The notes below the pieces were generated by a model. That model had not been told where the DNA came from, made no database searches, and saw nothing but the letters and a program-made list of their open reading frames with translations. Source: the human T2T-CHM13v2.0 reference genome, Homo sapiens. From it: a DNA stretch of 64,000 nucleotides. Positions within the stretch are counted from its first letter, which is position 1; each line of letters opens with the position of its first letter. This document shows, in pieces, positions 32,285 through 45,720 of the stretch. The position numbers and the translations under genes were made by a program. The stretch lies in NCBI RefSeq assembly GCF_009914755.1, contig NC_060936.1. One strand, 5' to 3'.

Positions 32285-32502
32285 CAAGGGTCCACAAACT
32301 ATGAGCTACAGGCCAAATCTGGCCCAACACCTGTTTTTGTAAACGAGTTCTGTGGCAATAAAATAGGATTCTTTTATATAGCATCTATGGCTGTGTTGGA
32401 GCTACAGCAACAGAATTGAGTAATCGCAACAGACATCTTATGGCCTTCAAAGTCTAAAATGTATAATATCTGACTTTTTAGAGGAAAGTTTTCTGACTGC
32501 TG
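32285..32502 (+). mobile_element. MER58A (hAT-Charlie)
   Basis: CAAACTATGAGCTACAGGCCAAATCTGGCCC...CCTGTTTTTGTAAA consensus words; about 220 bp. Confidence 0.75.
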
Positions 32503-35286
32503 GTCTAAAGCAGGGATGATAAGCTAACAGCAATCAATTGAATGTCATTATTACAGTGACTAATGATGTCTGTGATGGGTGAAATAATAGGCTATGGGGA
32601 CATTTAGGCTAGATATTTGCCATCCTTTGTCTAAAAAAATAGTATTTCCTTAATAATTACAAACTGAGTCAAAGAAAATAGGTCAGTTAATTTCCTTTTC
32701 CTTAAATCTTTGAAAGAGCTAAGCATAGTGACACATTTTAAAATAATATAATTAGGACAAAAAAATCAATTTGTTGCCTTTCTCATGATTTCTTGACTAC
32801 CATGAACCATAAATGATAGATGTGTTTCCTCCTTACTCTAAAATTTGAGCAAAATGCCTTTCTAGTTACTTTTTATAAAGACATGGCTTTATGAATTAAA
32901 GAGCCAAACACTTCTTTTCCTGTCTGTCTGGTGCCACAATCTATTTTTTTTCTCCCACTTCTTACAGAGGTGGACATTGGAAGAAAAGTGATAACATGAC
33001 AGAGTGGAATTAAGTATATATTTTAAACATCCTGTCTTTACCGTTTTAAAAGCATCCAATACATCCAGATAACCTTGTATTGAGAATGTGCAAAAAAACA
33101 AAACAAAATAGAACTGCAGCATTAGACAAGAACAGAATCCTTCAACCCTCTATCACGGACCCCCTGATACTTTCTTCATTCTCTGGAACATTGCTTCTGT
33201 AGGTCTTCTTCAGCATTTCTTGCTTGTTGACTTATAGGACTCAGGTTCCCTGCTTTATTTTTTTGATATTCACTTTCTGGTCCCCTAAAGGTAGGCTGCA
33301 GTTAAGAGGCATCCCTGCTCTCTTCCTAGCCCGGTAAACTGATCTGGGTGGGCTTCTACTTGATCTTCCCATGTGTTAACCTCTACTAGACAGACTGGCA
33401 TTCAGAAGACCTAGCTTTAAGAGCAGGCGGTACAATTAATTATTTCTGTGACTCCGACAGTTCTCTGAAATGTAGTTTTCTTATTATTACAATGAGGACG
33501 TTTGCTTAGACAATTTAATTCAAGCTTTGAATGATTCTCTTTGTATCTTTCTCTACCTTCACATCCAAGAAGTTTCTGAAAGAGATTTCAACCCATAGCA
33601 GCAGCATATGCTTTGCCAGAAGCCTGAACTTTATTGTCTTCAGGACTCACTTCCCCTCACCATTTTTAATTTTCTCTTTACTCAACCCACTTTACCCATT
33701 CTCCCTCCTTCCTCCCTGTGTCTCTCCCTCCTTCCCTCCCTCCCTTCCTTCCTTCCCCCTTCCTGCCTTTTAATGAAAGACTCTTTCATCAGCTGTTATT
33801 TAAGAACTGCATCTCATTGAATATTTTATCAATCAATTTTAACTCATAAATACATCAAGCTTGCAGTTAAGGGGCTCATGTTATAACCAGTTATATTAGG
33901 ACATCACTTTTGAGAATTCTTTTAAACAAACAATAAAAGTGTTTTGAAATATAAAATAATGCATTTGTTACATTTCACATTGCTAGATACATCTCTGCAA
34001 ATGGAGGCAATGTATTTTTAGGAACACTTTTGTTTTTCTGTTCACTGATGGGTTATTAAAGTTAGTACATGGATTTAGATGTGATTCCACTGGTTTGCAG
34101 TCTATCAGGAAAGGCTTTGTGGTACATTAGAAGTATGTTCAAGGAATGTCATCTCACTACTTCAAGGGGCTTTTCTTTAATAAAAAGGGCAATAGAGATC
34201 AAACTAATCCACTGAATTTGCATGTTTTCTCCTCACATTGCTGAAAACATCTATTCAAACTAGCTTCAAACTAGAGCAATTAGGTGGGTAATTGCCCTAG
34301 TGTGAACTTAGCCTTAAAAGCTTATTCTATGAAACTAGAGTAATTAGACTTACTTCTTCTGTCTTTTTTTCTTCACCTCATTGTTCTCATGCATTAGGCT
34401 AATGTTGCTTTGCTTGGGTTCACTTCAATGCAAATGAATGGAGGCTGGGGATGGGGGAATAGAAAGGTGTAAATGGATAGGAAATCCAGGGGAAAAAAAA
34501 AAGCCAGCTTGTGACAGCAATCATGAAAAACATTTGCATTCTAATAGGGCTTGTTAAACAGCATTTTAATTAATCTGAAATTTGCAACATACCTGCTTGT
34601 CACTATCCTTTGTAATGACTAGTTTATGTTCCTAAAATAGATATACAAAATACCTCGTTTTGCCAGATAATTTAGCAATGCTTGGCTATATCAAATGAAT
34701 CTTAGTTGCTAACGGGATAACAGTTTTAGTTGTTTTTTCTTTGCTTTAACATGTTATAATCATCCAAAGGGAACATACCAGGTCAAGTGTTAACAATATG
34801 TGCGTTGCAAAAATAAAAGTTAAGATTTGCCATCTGTTCAAAAAAGACACCATTACATTAGATGTTTTTTACAATTTCTTTTTAATCCTAATACTTTTTT
34901 ATTATTTCACTTTTTTAAAACTATAGATACACTTTGTGTACCAAAATTATAATATACAGTTAAGGAATCAGAATGGAAATATTGTAAGGCAATACAGCAT
35001 ACTTTGGGGCAATATTTAAAGTAGATAAAGTATAATTTGGAGGGATATGTTCCAGGGGTGTAAATTTAGATTTGGTGATGGCATGTGCAATGTTATACGC
35101 ATTAAATATTTGTTCAGTTCCATAGATTGTATGATTAAACCCACAATGTTGTTTCCATGTTTACATTTAAAATGCCAATCAGAAGTGTTATTTGGGTCCT
35201 GACTCTCAAGTTCTTACTTCATGCCCCCTATACCTTGTGCCACATTCTAGGTGATATGCAGTGACTTCTTGAGATTTTGTGATTTC

Positions 35287-35717
35287 TTTCATGCACATCC
35301 GTGTTAAGAGACCATCAAACAGGCTTTGTGTGAGCAACATGGCTGTTTATTTCACCTGGGTGCAGGCGGGCTGAGTCCGAAAAGAGAGTCAGCGAAGGGT
35401 GGTGGATTATCATTAGTTCTTATAGGTTTTGGGATAGGCGGTGAAGTTAAGAGCAATGTTTTGCGGGCACGGGTGTATCTCACAAAGTACATTCTCAACA
35501 GTGGGGAGAATTACAAAGTACCTTCTTAAGGGTGGGGGAGATTACAAAGCACATTGATCAATTAGGGTGGGGCAGAAACAAATCACAATGGTGGAATGTC
35601 ATCAGTTAAGGCTATTTTTACTTCTTTTGTGGATCTTCAGTTACTTCAGGCCATCTGGATGTATACATGCAAGTCACAGGGGATGCGATGGCTTGGCTTG
35701 GGCTCAGAGGCCTGACA
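35287..35717 (-). mobile_element. HERV-H 3' LTR7
   Basis: Direct repeat of the 5' LTR (15 mismatches in 431 bp by hand count), preceded on the minus strand by the PPT AAGAAGGCAGGAA. Confidence 0.95.
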
Positions 35718-37656
35718 TTCCTGCCTTCTTATATTTATAAGAAAAATAAAACAAAATAGTGTTGAAGTGTTGGGGCGGCGAAAATTTTTGGGAGGTGGTA
35801 TGGAGAGAGAGTGGGCGATGTTTCTCAGGGCTGCTTCAAGCGGGATTAGGGGCGGCGTGGGAACCTAGAGTGGGAGAGATTAAGCTGAAGGGAGATCTTG
35901 TGGTAAGGGGTGATATTGTGGGGATGTTAGAAGAAGCATTTGTCGTATAGAATGATTGGTGATGGCCTGGATATGGTTTTGTATGAATTGAGAAACTAAA
36001 TGGAATAAGAGAAGGAGAAAAACAGGTATAAAAGGTCTAAGAATTGGGAGGACCTAGGACATCTAATTAGAGAGTGCCTAAGGAGGTTCCGCATAGTCCT
36101 GCCAGCAAAGATTATTTATTTACTTCAGGAGTTTAGAGCTGCATTTTGGGGATAGCACCAGGAGATATCATCTGTGATGGCTTGGAGAAACAGTGTAAAC
36201 AAGAGCAGGGCATGTATGAGTAGTTGAGAACGGTGAATAGGAGTATGACTAGACAGAAGATAATAGGGATGACAAGTTTTTTTGGGGCACAGTCTAACTA
36301 AGTTGGTCTGGTGTCTGGAATGAGACTGGTGCCTAATAAAAAGGAGCGTCTATACAGGAGCTTAAATGGGCTGTACCTTATAGCATTCTGAGGACAGGTC
36401 TGACTTCTGAGAAGGGAAAGTGGTAGAAGTATTGTCCAGTCCTTTTTAAGTTGGTAGCTGAGCTTGGTGAGGTGTGTTGTTAAAAGACCTTTAGTCCATT
36501 CTACTTTTCTTGAAGACGGAGGACCGTAAGGGATATAAAGGTTTCACTGAATACTAAGAGCCTGAAAAACTGCTTGGCTGATTTGACTAATAAAGGCTGG
36601 TCTGTTTTCAGACTGTATAGAGGTGGGAAGGCTAAACTGAGGAACTATGTCTGACAGAAGGGAAGAAATGACTGCGGTGGCCTTCTCAGACCCTGTAGGA
36701 AAGGCCTCTACTTATCTAGCGAAAGTGTCTACTTAGACTAAGAGGCATTTTAGTTATCTGACTCGGGGCATGTTGAGTAAAGCTAATTTGCCAGTCCTGG
36801 GTGGGGGCAAATCTTCAAGCTTGATGTGTAGGGAAGGGAGGGGGCCTGAATAATCCCTGAGGAGTAGTAGAATAGCAGATGGAACACTGAGAAGTTACTT
36901 CCTTGAGGATAGATTTCCATGATGGAAAGGAAATGAGAGGTTCTAAGAGACGGGCTAGTGGCTTGTTCTATAGCATAGCCTGCCTTTGCTGGTAGGTGGC
37001 GATTAGGCCTGGTGGAACTGCCGTCAATAAATCAAGCGTGATCAGGGTGAGGAACAGGAAAGAAGGAAATATGGGGAAATGAGGTGAATATCAGGTGGAT
37101 CAGAGAGATACAGTCATGGGGGTCAGGTGTGGTATCAGGAATAATGTGGGAGGTCAGATTGAAGTCCGGGCCAGGAACAATGGTAATTGTGGGACTTAAC
37201 AAAGAGTGAGTACAGCTGAAGGAGCCAGGGAGTGGAAAGTATATGCGTCAGGTATGAGGAAGAAAGTAGATTTTGGAAGTTATGAGAAATGTAGAGAGTG
37301 AGTTGAGCATTGTTTGTGATTTTTAGGGCCTCTAAAAGTATTAAAGCAGCGACAGCCGCTGCATGCAGACATGAGGGCTAGGCTAAAACAGTAAGGTCAA
37401 GTTGTTTGGACAGAAAGGCTACAGGGTGTGGTCCTGGCTCTTGTGTAAGAATTCTGACTGCACTAACCATGCCTAGGAAGGAAAGGAGTTGTTGTTTTGT
37501 AAGGGATTGAGGTTTGGGAGATTAATGGGACACGATCAGCAGGGAGAGCACGTGTGTTTTTATGAGAATTATGCCAAGATAGGTAACAGATGAGGATGAA
37601 ATTTGGGCTTGACTGAAGTAATGGGGGCTGTCTGTGAAGGTTTGCGGCAGTACAGC

Positions 37657-37845
37657 CTAGGTAATTTGCTGAGCTTGATGGGTGTCAGGGTCAGTCCAAG
37701 TGAAAGCGAAGTGACGCTGGAATGAAGGGTGCAAAGGAATAGTAAAGAAAGCATATTTGAGATCTAGAACAGAATAATGGGTTGTAGAGGGAGGTATTGA
37801 GGATAGGAGAGTATATGGGTTTGGCACTACAGGGTGGATAGGCAA
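37657..37845 (-). pseudogene. HERV-H pol (RT) remnant
   Basis: HPVVPNPYTLLS...VLDLKYAFFTIPLHP...FAFTW gammaretroviral RT motifs; truncated before YxDD. Confidence 0.88.
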
Positions 37846-38468
37846 AACAATTTGGTTGATAAGGCGCAGATCCTGAACTAATTTGTAAGGCTTGTCTGAT
37901 TTTAGGACAGGTAAAATGGGGGAATTGTAAGGAGAGTTTATAGGCTTTAAAAGGCCATTCTGTAGCAGGCGAGTGATAACAGGCTTTGGATTGGGAAGAA
38001 GGGCAGCAATGAGATGTAGCTGTAGTCCAGGAATAGTGAGGGAAGCAGATAATTTAGTTAAAGTGTCTCAGTCTAATAAGGGAACTGGGCAGGTGGGGAT
38101 AACTAAAAAAGGAGTGCTTAAAAGAGTATTGTCTAAGTTGGCACCAGAGTTGGGGAATTTTAAGAGGTTTAGAAGCCTGGCCATCAATACCCACAACAGT
38201 TATGGAGGCATGGAGGCAAGGGAAACAGGCCCTTGAAAAGAAGGTACTGTGGAGTGGGTGGCCTCCATATTGATTAAGGGGACAGACTTACCTTCCACTG
38301 TGATAGTTACCCGAAGCTCGGCATCTGTGATGGGCTACAGGGCTTCTGAGGCGATCGGGCAGCATCAGTCTTCAGCTGCTAAGCCGAGAAGGAGTCAGTC
38401 AGAGAGCCTTGGGCCGGAGTTCCAGGGGCTCTGGGAGTGGCTGCCAGGTGAGTTGAACAGTCCGATTT

Positions 38469-38962
38469 TCATTGGGGTCCCACACAGATGGGACATGGCT
38501 TAGGAGGAATCCTGGGCTGCGGGCATTCCTTGGCCCAGTGGCCAGATTTCCAGCATGTGTAGCAAGCTCCTGGGGGAGGAGGTTCTGGAGGAACGCCTGG
38601 CTGCTGTGGTTCAGGCGTTTGGAAGTTCTTGTGTGCTGGAGATGTGGCTGGGGTTTGTCTCACAGTGGAGGCAAGGAATTGCAACTTTTTTCTATTATTG
38701 TACACCTGGAAGGTGAGGTTAATTAAGTCCTGTTGTGGGGTTTGAGGGCCAGCTTCCAATTTTTGGAGTTTTATTTATTGTCGGGAGCAGATTGGGTAAT
38801 AAAATGTATATTGAGAATAAGACGGCCTTTTGACCTTTTAGGGTCTAGGGCTGTAAAGCGTCTCAGGGTTGCTGCCAAACGAGCCACGAACTGGGCTGGG
38901 TTTTTATATTTGATGAAAAAGAGCCTAAACGCTATCTGATTTGGGATAAAGAAAAGGAGCAT
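38469..38962 (-). pseudogene. HERV-H gag remnant (CA/NC)
   Basis: CCHC zinc knuckle CYTCWKSGHWAKEC plus the start of a second knuckle CPICVGP; broken by stops. Confidence 0.88.
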
Positions 38963-40307
38963 TAACCATGACTACGCCTTTATCTGTAGCCACCTTTTTA
39001 AGAGTAAATTGCTGGGCAGGTGGGGGAGGGCTAGTCACAGAACTGTAAGCCGGACGGAGTGTGAGGAGGGGAGGTGATAAAAGGATTATAGGGTGGAGGA
39101 GCAGAGGCTGAGGAAGAATTGGGACCTAGCTCAGCCTGGCGAGGAGGGGAGAGGTCAGATGGGTCTGTAGAAGAGGAAGATTAGAAAGACTCAGTGACGC
39201 TTGGGGTTGGGATTGAGGGGACAGGCGGGAGGGAAAGAAGGAAGATTTGGGATGAGTTGCATTGGGCACAGAGACTAGGAAGGGACCAACATGTAAAAGA
39301 ATGCCTGGACATCAAGCACCTCAGACCATTTGCCCATTTTACGACAAGAATTATTTAGATCTTGTAGGATGGAAACATTGAAAGTGCCGTTTTCCGGCTA
39401 TTTGGAACTACTGTCAAGTTTGTATTGGGGTCAAGCGGCATTGCAGAAGAAAATAAGGCATTTAGGTTTTAGGTCAGGTGTGAGTTGAAGAGGTTTTAAG
39501 TTCTTGAGAACACAGGCTAAGGGAGAAGAAGGAGGAATGGAGGGTGGAAGGTTGCCCATAGTGAAGGGGGCAAGTTTAAAGAAAAGGAAGAGTAGAGACA
39601 TGGAGGGAAGTAGTTCGGGGGTTCTTACCCTCCAGAAAAGTGGGAAAGGGGTCAGGGTGTGGAAATAAGGGATTAGGGTGCAGAGATAAGAGGTTGGGGT
39701 GTGGAAATAAGGGATCGGGGGTTCTTGCCCACTACAAAAGCGGGACTTGCCACTAAGGGTGAAGGAGAAGGGGTTGAGGGGTACTTGTCCCTCCCCCAGA
39801 AAAGCAGAGAAGGGGTAGAGACATGGAGAGAAGGGGTTGGGGTACTTGCCCCTCCCCCAGAGAAGTGGGACTTGCCACTAAGGGTGAAGGACCAAGGCAG
39901 GCGTCCCTGTGTGGTCTGACACCTTTGAAATGTGAGTGAATAATCAGAGAGGCATTCCTGAAAAGATTAAACACCAAGGGAAGGCTGCCTTCCCAGTCTG
40001 TGACTGGCGCTGGAGTTTTGGGTCCACGGATAAAACGTGTCTCCTTTGTCTCTACCAGAAAATGAAAGGAACTGAAATTAAGAGAAGGGAGAGAGTGAAG
40101 TGTGGCGCCAAGACTGAAAGGAGAAAGAGGTTGAGGGATAGTAAGGGAAGTTAGAGGAGAGAGTAAAAAGAGGCCACTTACCGGATTTGAAATTGGTGAG
40201 ATGTTTCTTGGGCTGGTCAGTCTGAGGACCTGAGGTCATAGGTGGATCTTTCTCACAGAGCAAAGAGCAGGAGGACGGGGGATTGATCTCCCAAGGGAGG
40301 TCCCCCG

Positions 40308-40325
40308 ATCCGAGTCACGGCACCA
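40308..40325 (-). promoter_or_regulatory. tRNA-His primer binding site
   Basis: TGGTGCCGTGACTCGGAT, complementary to the 3' 18 nt of tRNA-His. Confidence 0.95.
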
Positions 40326-40327
40326 AA

Positions 40328-40758
40328 TTTCATGCGCGTCCGTGTTAAGAGACCACCAAACAGGCTTTGTGTGAGCAACATGGCTGTTTATTTCACCTGG
40401 CGGCAGGCGGGCTGAGTCCGAAAAGAGAGTCAGCAAAGGGTAGTGGATTATCATTAGTTCTTATAGGTTTTGGGATAGGTGGTGAAGTTAAGAGCAATGT
40501 TTTGCGGGCAGGGGTGGATCTCACAAAGTACATTCTCAAGGGTGGGGAGAATTACAAAGTACCTTCTTAAGGATGGGGGAGATTACAAAGTACATTGATC
40601 AGTTAGGGTGGGGCAGAAACAAATCACAATGGTGGAATGTCATCAGTTAAGGCTATTTTTACTTCTTTTGTGGATCTTCAGTTACTTCAGGCCATCTGGA
40701 TGTATACATGCAAGTCACAGGGGATGCGATGGCTTGGCTTGGGCTCAGAGGCCTGACA
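40328..40758 (-). promoter_or_regulatory. HERV-H 5' LTR7 (promoter points leftward)
   Basis: Minus strand TGTCAGGCCTCTGAGCCCAAG...GCGCATGAAA, immediately followed by the PBS; contains ACAAAAGAAG at 40662-40671. Confidence 0.93.
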
Positions 40759-40801
40759 ATTTCTTCCTCCAAAGGCTTCATCTTCATATATATACATGTA
40801 A

Positions 40802-41162
<361 letters not shown>

Positions 41163-41303
41163 TTAGCCCAATTCTTTTGCATTGTTGCCTTTGTTTTTCA
41201 CCTGAATAAATGTTCTCAGCAATAGTAGTGATGATTTATCTCAGTTTCTACACCTTCAAGAAATAACTGTGACATCCAAATGAAAGGCTAAAAGATGTGA
41301 TAT

Positions 41304-42148
41304 TGATAGGGACAGAAGGCAGGGAAATTCTAGACAGAAGAGGGCAGGTCCCTGGTGAGGGCCCCACCCTCAAGCCTAGAACCAGTGCCCAACGGGAGAA
41401 CTTACATCTCTGTTTTCCTGCTCAAATGTTGCCTTTCCAAAACCACCCATGGCCCGCACCACCCCCCATCCTGTGCCCATATAAACCCCAGGCTCGGCCA
41501 GCAGAGAGAGTTGGGAAGCAGCTGGGCATCAGACACTACGGTTGGATATCAGAGAGAAGCAGCTTGACTTCAGAGAGATGGCTTGGCCTTATAGCTTTGG
41601 AGAAGAGTCTGGCTGGCGACAGCCTGACTTCAGGGGAAGATTACCTCCCAACCGCTCTGTCCCCTTTTCAGCTTCCCTTCCCTCTGAGGTCCACTTTCAT
41701 CAGCAATAAAATCCCCCACATTTACTGTCTTCAATTCATTTGTGTGACCTTGTTCCTCCTGGATACTGGACAAGAACTTGGGTGTGGGTGCAGAAGGCTG
41801 TCACACTGACCCTCCACTGAGCTGTTAACACTTAAGCCATCCACAGACAACAAAGCTAAAAGAATACTGACTGTAACACTCCCCTCTGGGACTTCTGGGG
41901 TCATAGGCAGTCGCCACTAGATGCTGCTGTGGGGCCAACACAGAGTTTTCCTCCTGCTGGCACCCAAAAGTGCTCACCCGGGCTTCTGCACCCACTCACC
42001 TGCATACTCCCCATCCTGAGAGGGGTGAAGCACAGAGGGTCTGAGTGAGTGGAATTCGCCCCTGCCAGCGCCAGAGTGGCTGGCTAGTTCCAGTGCCCCT
42101 GCACTCCAGTTTCTGCCTGCAAAATGGCCAGGGTAATGTCCTACTTCA
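41304..42148 (+). mobile_element. ERV1 solo LTR (LTR27/LTR28/MER52 group)
   Basis: TGATAGGGACAGAAGGCAGGGAAAT...CCTACTTCA termini; TATAAA near 41480; AATAAA 41705-41710; 4-bp TSD ATAT/ATGT. Confidence 0.8.
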
Positions 42149-42469
42149 ATGTTAAGCCTCTATTTTCAGAGTCATCTTTTTAGCTTTTCCAAAATTGAAA
42201 AGGAAAGGTTTGAGAGAAGCACATACTCAGGTTTAGTTTATTAATTAGAGTGGAAAGAAATACCTGAGTTCCCTTTTTCTTTTAGCTCTGTGTCCTGAGC
42301 TAAAGCACTGCTGTACTGTTAGGGCAGACTACTCCCACTCTTGAATGAGTGAGGTTAGCTTCTCACAGCATCAACACATTCATTTTCCACGGCCAAATTT
42401 TCCTATAATGCCATGAGGTAGATACATATTAAATTCCAGTCATTCTTTATGGGAGATGGAATAGGAAGC

Positions 42470-42690
42470 AGAAAGAGCCTGCACCTTGAGTTCAGATGTG
42501 ACTTACTGGCTGAGCAGGTTTGAAAGGGTGGTGCTTACCTTCTCTGAATCTAATTTTTCTCACCTGCATAATGTAGTCAACGATACCTATTTCCTAAGTT
42601 TGTAGTGAGGGTTAAATGAGATGATATGCAAAGGCTGTAAACAATGCCTGTTATTTAGCAAAGTCATAAAGGGTAGTAATTAAATGTATA
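42470..42690 (+). mobile_element. MIR relic
   Basis: CTTACCTTCTCTGAATCTAATTTTCTCACCTGCATAATG...GAGGGTTAAATGAGATGATA MIR core. Confidence 0.65.
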
Positions 42691-45221
42691 ATTCTCCAAA
42701 TACTAGGGCTGATCTCACTGTGAAATCCCTGAAGGCAGGGATATGGAAATTCTTAGAATCTCTGGGGCCTATCACTGTCTTGACATATGGCAAGAACTCA
42801 TGCATTTTTTTCTGGAAGGGTGAATAAATGAATGAGTAGGTGAATGCAAGAATAATTACTTAGAATGCTAAAGCCTGCAGAAATACTACCATAGATCAAT
42901 GAACATGTAAACAGTTTATACTCATCAATTCCTATTATCTACTTGATGTTTGATAAAACTGACACTGTCATATGGAGGAAGGAGAGAATGAGAAAGGTCT
43001 TGAAAAAGACCCAAGAAGTCTGGCTCCACCACTAACTGTCTGAGACAACTTGAAACAAACCTAAATCTGTCTAGGATTTAAATTTCTCATGTGCAAAATA
43101 AGAACTCGCATAAAATGATCTCTAGCATGTCATCTACCCCTTCCTTCTAGAGTTTCATGAAGTTCATCACTTCGAAGGGTGCCAAAGTTTACAGTGAGAA
43201 TGTACATCAGGGATTTAGGGGAAATTAGTCTTAATTCTCCTAACTCCTACTCTTAGATCTCTAGTCTCAACCTCTTTTATGAACAGATTTCAACAAACAG
43301 ATTCACAAGATAAATAAACAAACATGTAGGAAGACAGAGACATTTTGCATATGGATTTAGTTTTAAAGGAAACCGGAAAAATAGAATATGTTTAATTAGC
43401 ACAGATTCTGAAAAAATAAATGTGTTAATTAATCACTTGTCTTGATTACCAAAAGGTCATACCCATATATGCAACAACATGTAAACCAGAAATTCAAGAT
43501 ATTTTCCCACCTAGCTCCTCATTTGAAAACCTATTCCAAGCTTCTATTACAACTTTCAGAAGATGTATACATTGAGATGTAAGGGTCCTGATATTCTTTT
43601 CACATTAGCTTGAGAATTATTCCAATATTGTGGTGTTGTGAGCTTAAAAAAAAGTATGTTGACTGCATTTCATTTCTCTTGTTCAGAATATAATTACTCA
43701 ATTATTCTGTCTCAATTTGCTTACTTTCCTTTATTATTGGCATATTGCTCATGTGACCATGTTACTGGGGAATGAGAGCTTCAGCAACTTTAACGATCTC
43801 ATCCAAAGTGAGATAACCTAATTTAACAGCTGTAGTAGAACAGGAAAGCAGCAGGACACCAGAAAAAAGGTTATACAGTGGGAAGTTCATGCTGGCAAAT
43901 ACCAATTCACACCTGTTTTAGGCCTACAGACAACATCAGGGGTGCTATTTAAATGGACTCTGTGTGCAATTTATCCATTGTTTGGAGTCATTGAAATGAA
44001 CTACACTAATTCTCCTCCTTGGAAATTGTTCCAATTAAGTGGATGCACCATTTATCAGGGTGCTGATTAAGTGGGTTTAATAGCAGGCAGCAAAGAAAGG
44101 CTGTAAGAAAAATCTATGAAAGTGATATTCACACTTTCTAAGGTTCTGCTCACACTCACTAATGTCTAGTGTTATATAACCATTCTACAGAAAAATGCAG
44201 CAGAAACTAGGGTTAAAGTGTTAAGGAGATAATTAAATTCTTCCTTATAAGTACATTGAGATTTCAAATGTCAACATGAGGAAAGGTAATTTTTGATTGA
44301 AACTACGTGCTGTTTTTGGTATTAGATATTTAAATCTGTAATTTTTCTAATTCTAACAAAACTTTACATCAGAGAAAAGAGTGACATTTTCTCTATACAA
44401 TTGACTTTATTTGGAGACTACAATCTACCATAAGTCAATGAATGTTAAGTGTTAATGATCTAAACAGGAAAAACATAGATTCTATGCAATCTGACATTAT
44501 AAATAATCAAACTTTTATTTTTCTGTTCCATGTTAATGTTAGTTTTAAAAAATTAACATTTTAATTTTTATGCTGATTTTTTAGGCCTGTTATATTTTAT
44601 ATTCTAAATATCCTGACTTCCCATGATATTTCTTAAAAACTAAGCATCAAATGACACATTTTTAAAGAATAAGCCAATTACTTTTTAAAAACAATGACTA
44701 ATAAAAAATAGTGAACTAAAATATGTAAAAATTTTACTGAATTGTAAAATATAAAATGAAGATAGCAGTTTCAAACAAGAGGTTTAATTTACTTTTATTA
44801 TACTATAATATTGTTTCACAATAATTATTTTTATAGAAGTCTGAACTTTTCTAAGTCTTTCTACTGAAAAGGAGTTACACAGTCTTTGGTAGATTGGTTA
44901 AACTATGATAAATTTGGTAAAATAAAAAATTATAAGGGAAGATTTTAAGAAAGAAATTTAGACTTATGCTTAAATTTGGCCCTAAAATACTAAACCAAAG
45001 AAAGTTTGAAATGCAATAACAGCATGTTAAATAATGAATCATTTTTAAGTTACCTCCAGACAAGGTAAGGTAAAACAAGTCTAGGGCCACAAGCTCTATA
45101 CAAAACAACCCTATCAAAAAATTTTAAGCTTATCTCCTTTCCAAGCTGCTTCCTCTGTCAAGGGCTTGCTATTATTTTCTAGAAGTATTTTTAGGAGCAA
45201 GTCTTCTGTTCAGTCTATAAC

Positions 45222-45720
45222 TGTGAAAGGGCAAGGGCTTCCTCTACTTGTAAGCTAACATGTTAGCTTGCCACAGTTTCATGGATGTTGGCAAAAGACA
45301 TAAGTCTCCTGGGTCAGAGACAAAGGATACATTACTACTCATAGAATAGAAATAGCCACATTATTATATTTTTGCTCTGGTTCCCTGATCCCTAATTCCT
45401 ACAGAACAACATCAAGAAGGCTGTCAGTTAACAATTGCACTCACAAGTAGGGTTCACGAGAGGGCTTCTGCTTTCATGGACTCTGAATCCTTTACACTGC
45501 ACCATGAATATGCCTTCTCATTGCTTTAGAGGGAATCATTGATTCTGTTTCCCAAGGCTGTAAATCTGCCCTTTGCTAAAAGGAGAGATTCTATCATAAT
45601 GCTCCATGGCTGTTCACTATACAATTACCCTTTAAATGATAGTCCAGAGCAAAGAGCAGTCAGATCATCTTTCGTCTGCTCACAAGATATGCAGAAACAC
45701 AAGAGAATTGTCTCTCAAGA
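45222..45720 (-). mobile_element. Old ERV solo LTR, subfamily uncertain
   Basis: GCCACAGTTTCATGGATGTTGGC...CTCCTGGGTCAGAGACAAAGGA resembles an antisense ERV1 LTR U5/R. Confidence 0.5.

Larger units (their letters stand above)
35287..40758 (-). mobile_element. HERV-H provirus (common internally deleted form, 5472 bp) with two LTR7s
   Basis: Two 431-bp LTRs; perfect 5-bp TSD ATTTC 35282-35286 / 40759-40763; His PBS; PPT at 35718-35730; gag and pol remnants. Confidence 0.97.

Noticed and set aside
34379-34439. SOX-like CATTGTT and octamer ATGCAAAT near the HERV-H 3' LTR
   Set aside because: Not in composite SOX-OCT spacing, and such short motifs are expected by chance in 64 kb of AT-rich DNA.
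39600-39890. Short direct repeats in the HERV-H leader
   Set aside because: A normal feature of the HERV-H pre-gag region, not specific to this locus.
42425-42469. U2 snRNA-like words (ATATTAAAT...GGGAGATGGAATAGGA)
   Set aside because: Only a 16-nt match; the Sm site and the rest of U2 do not align, and there is no TSD.
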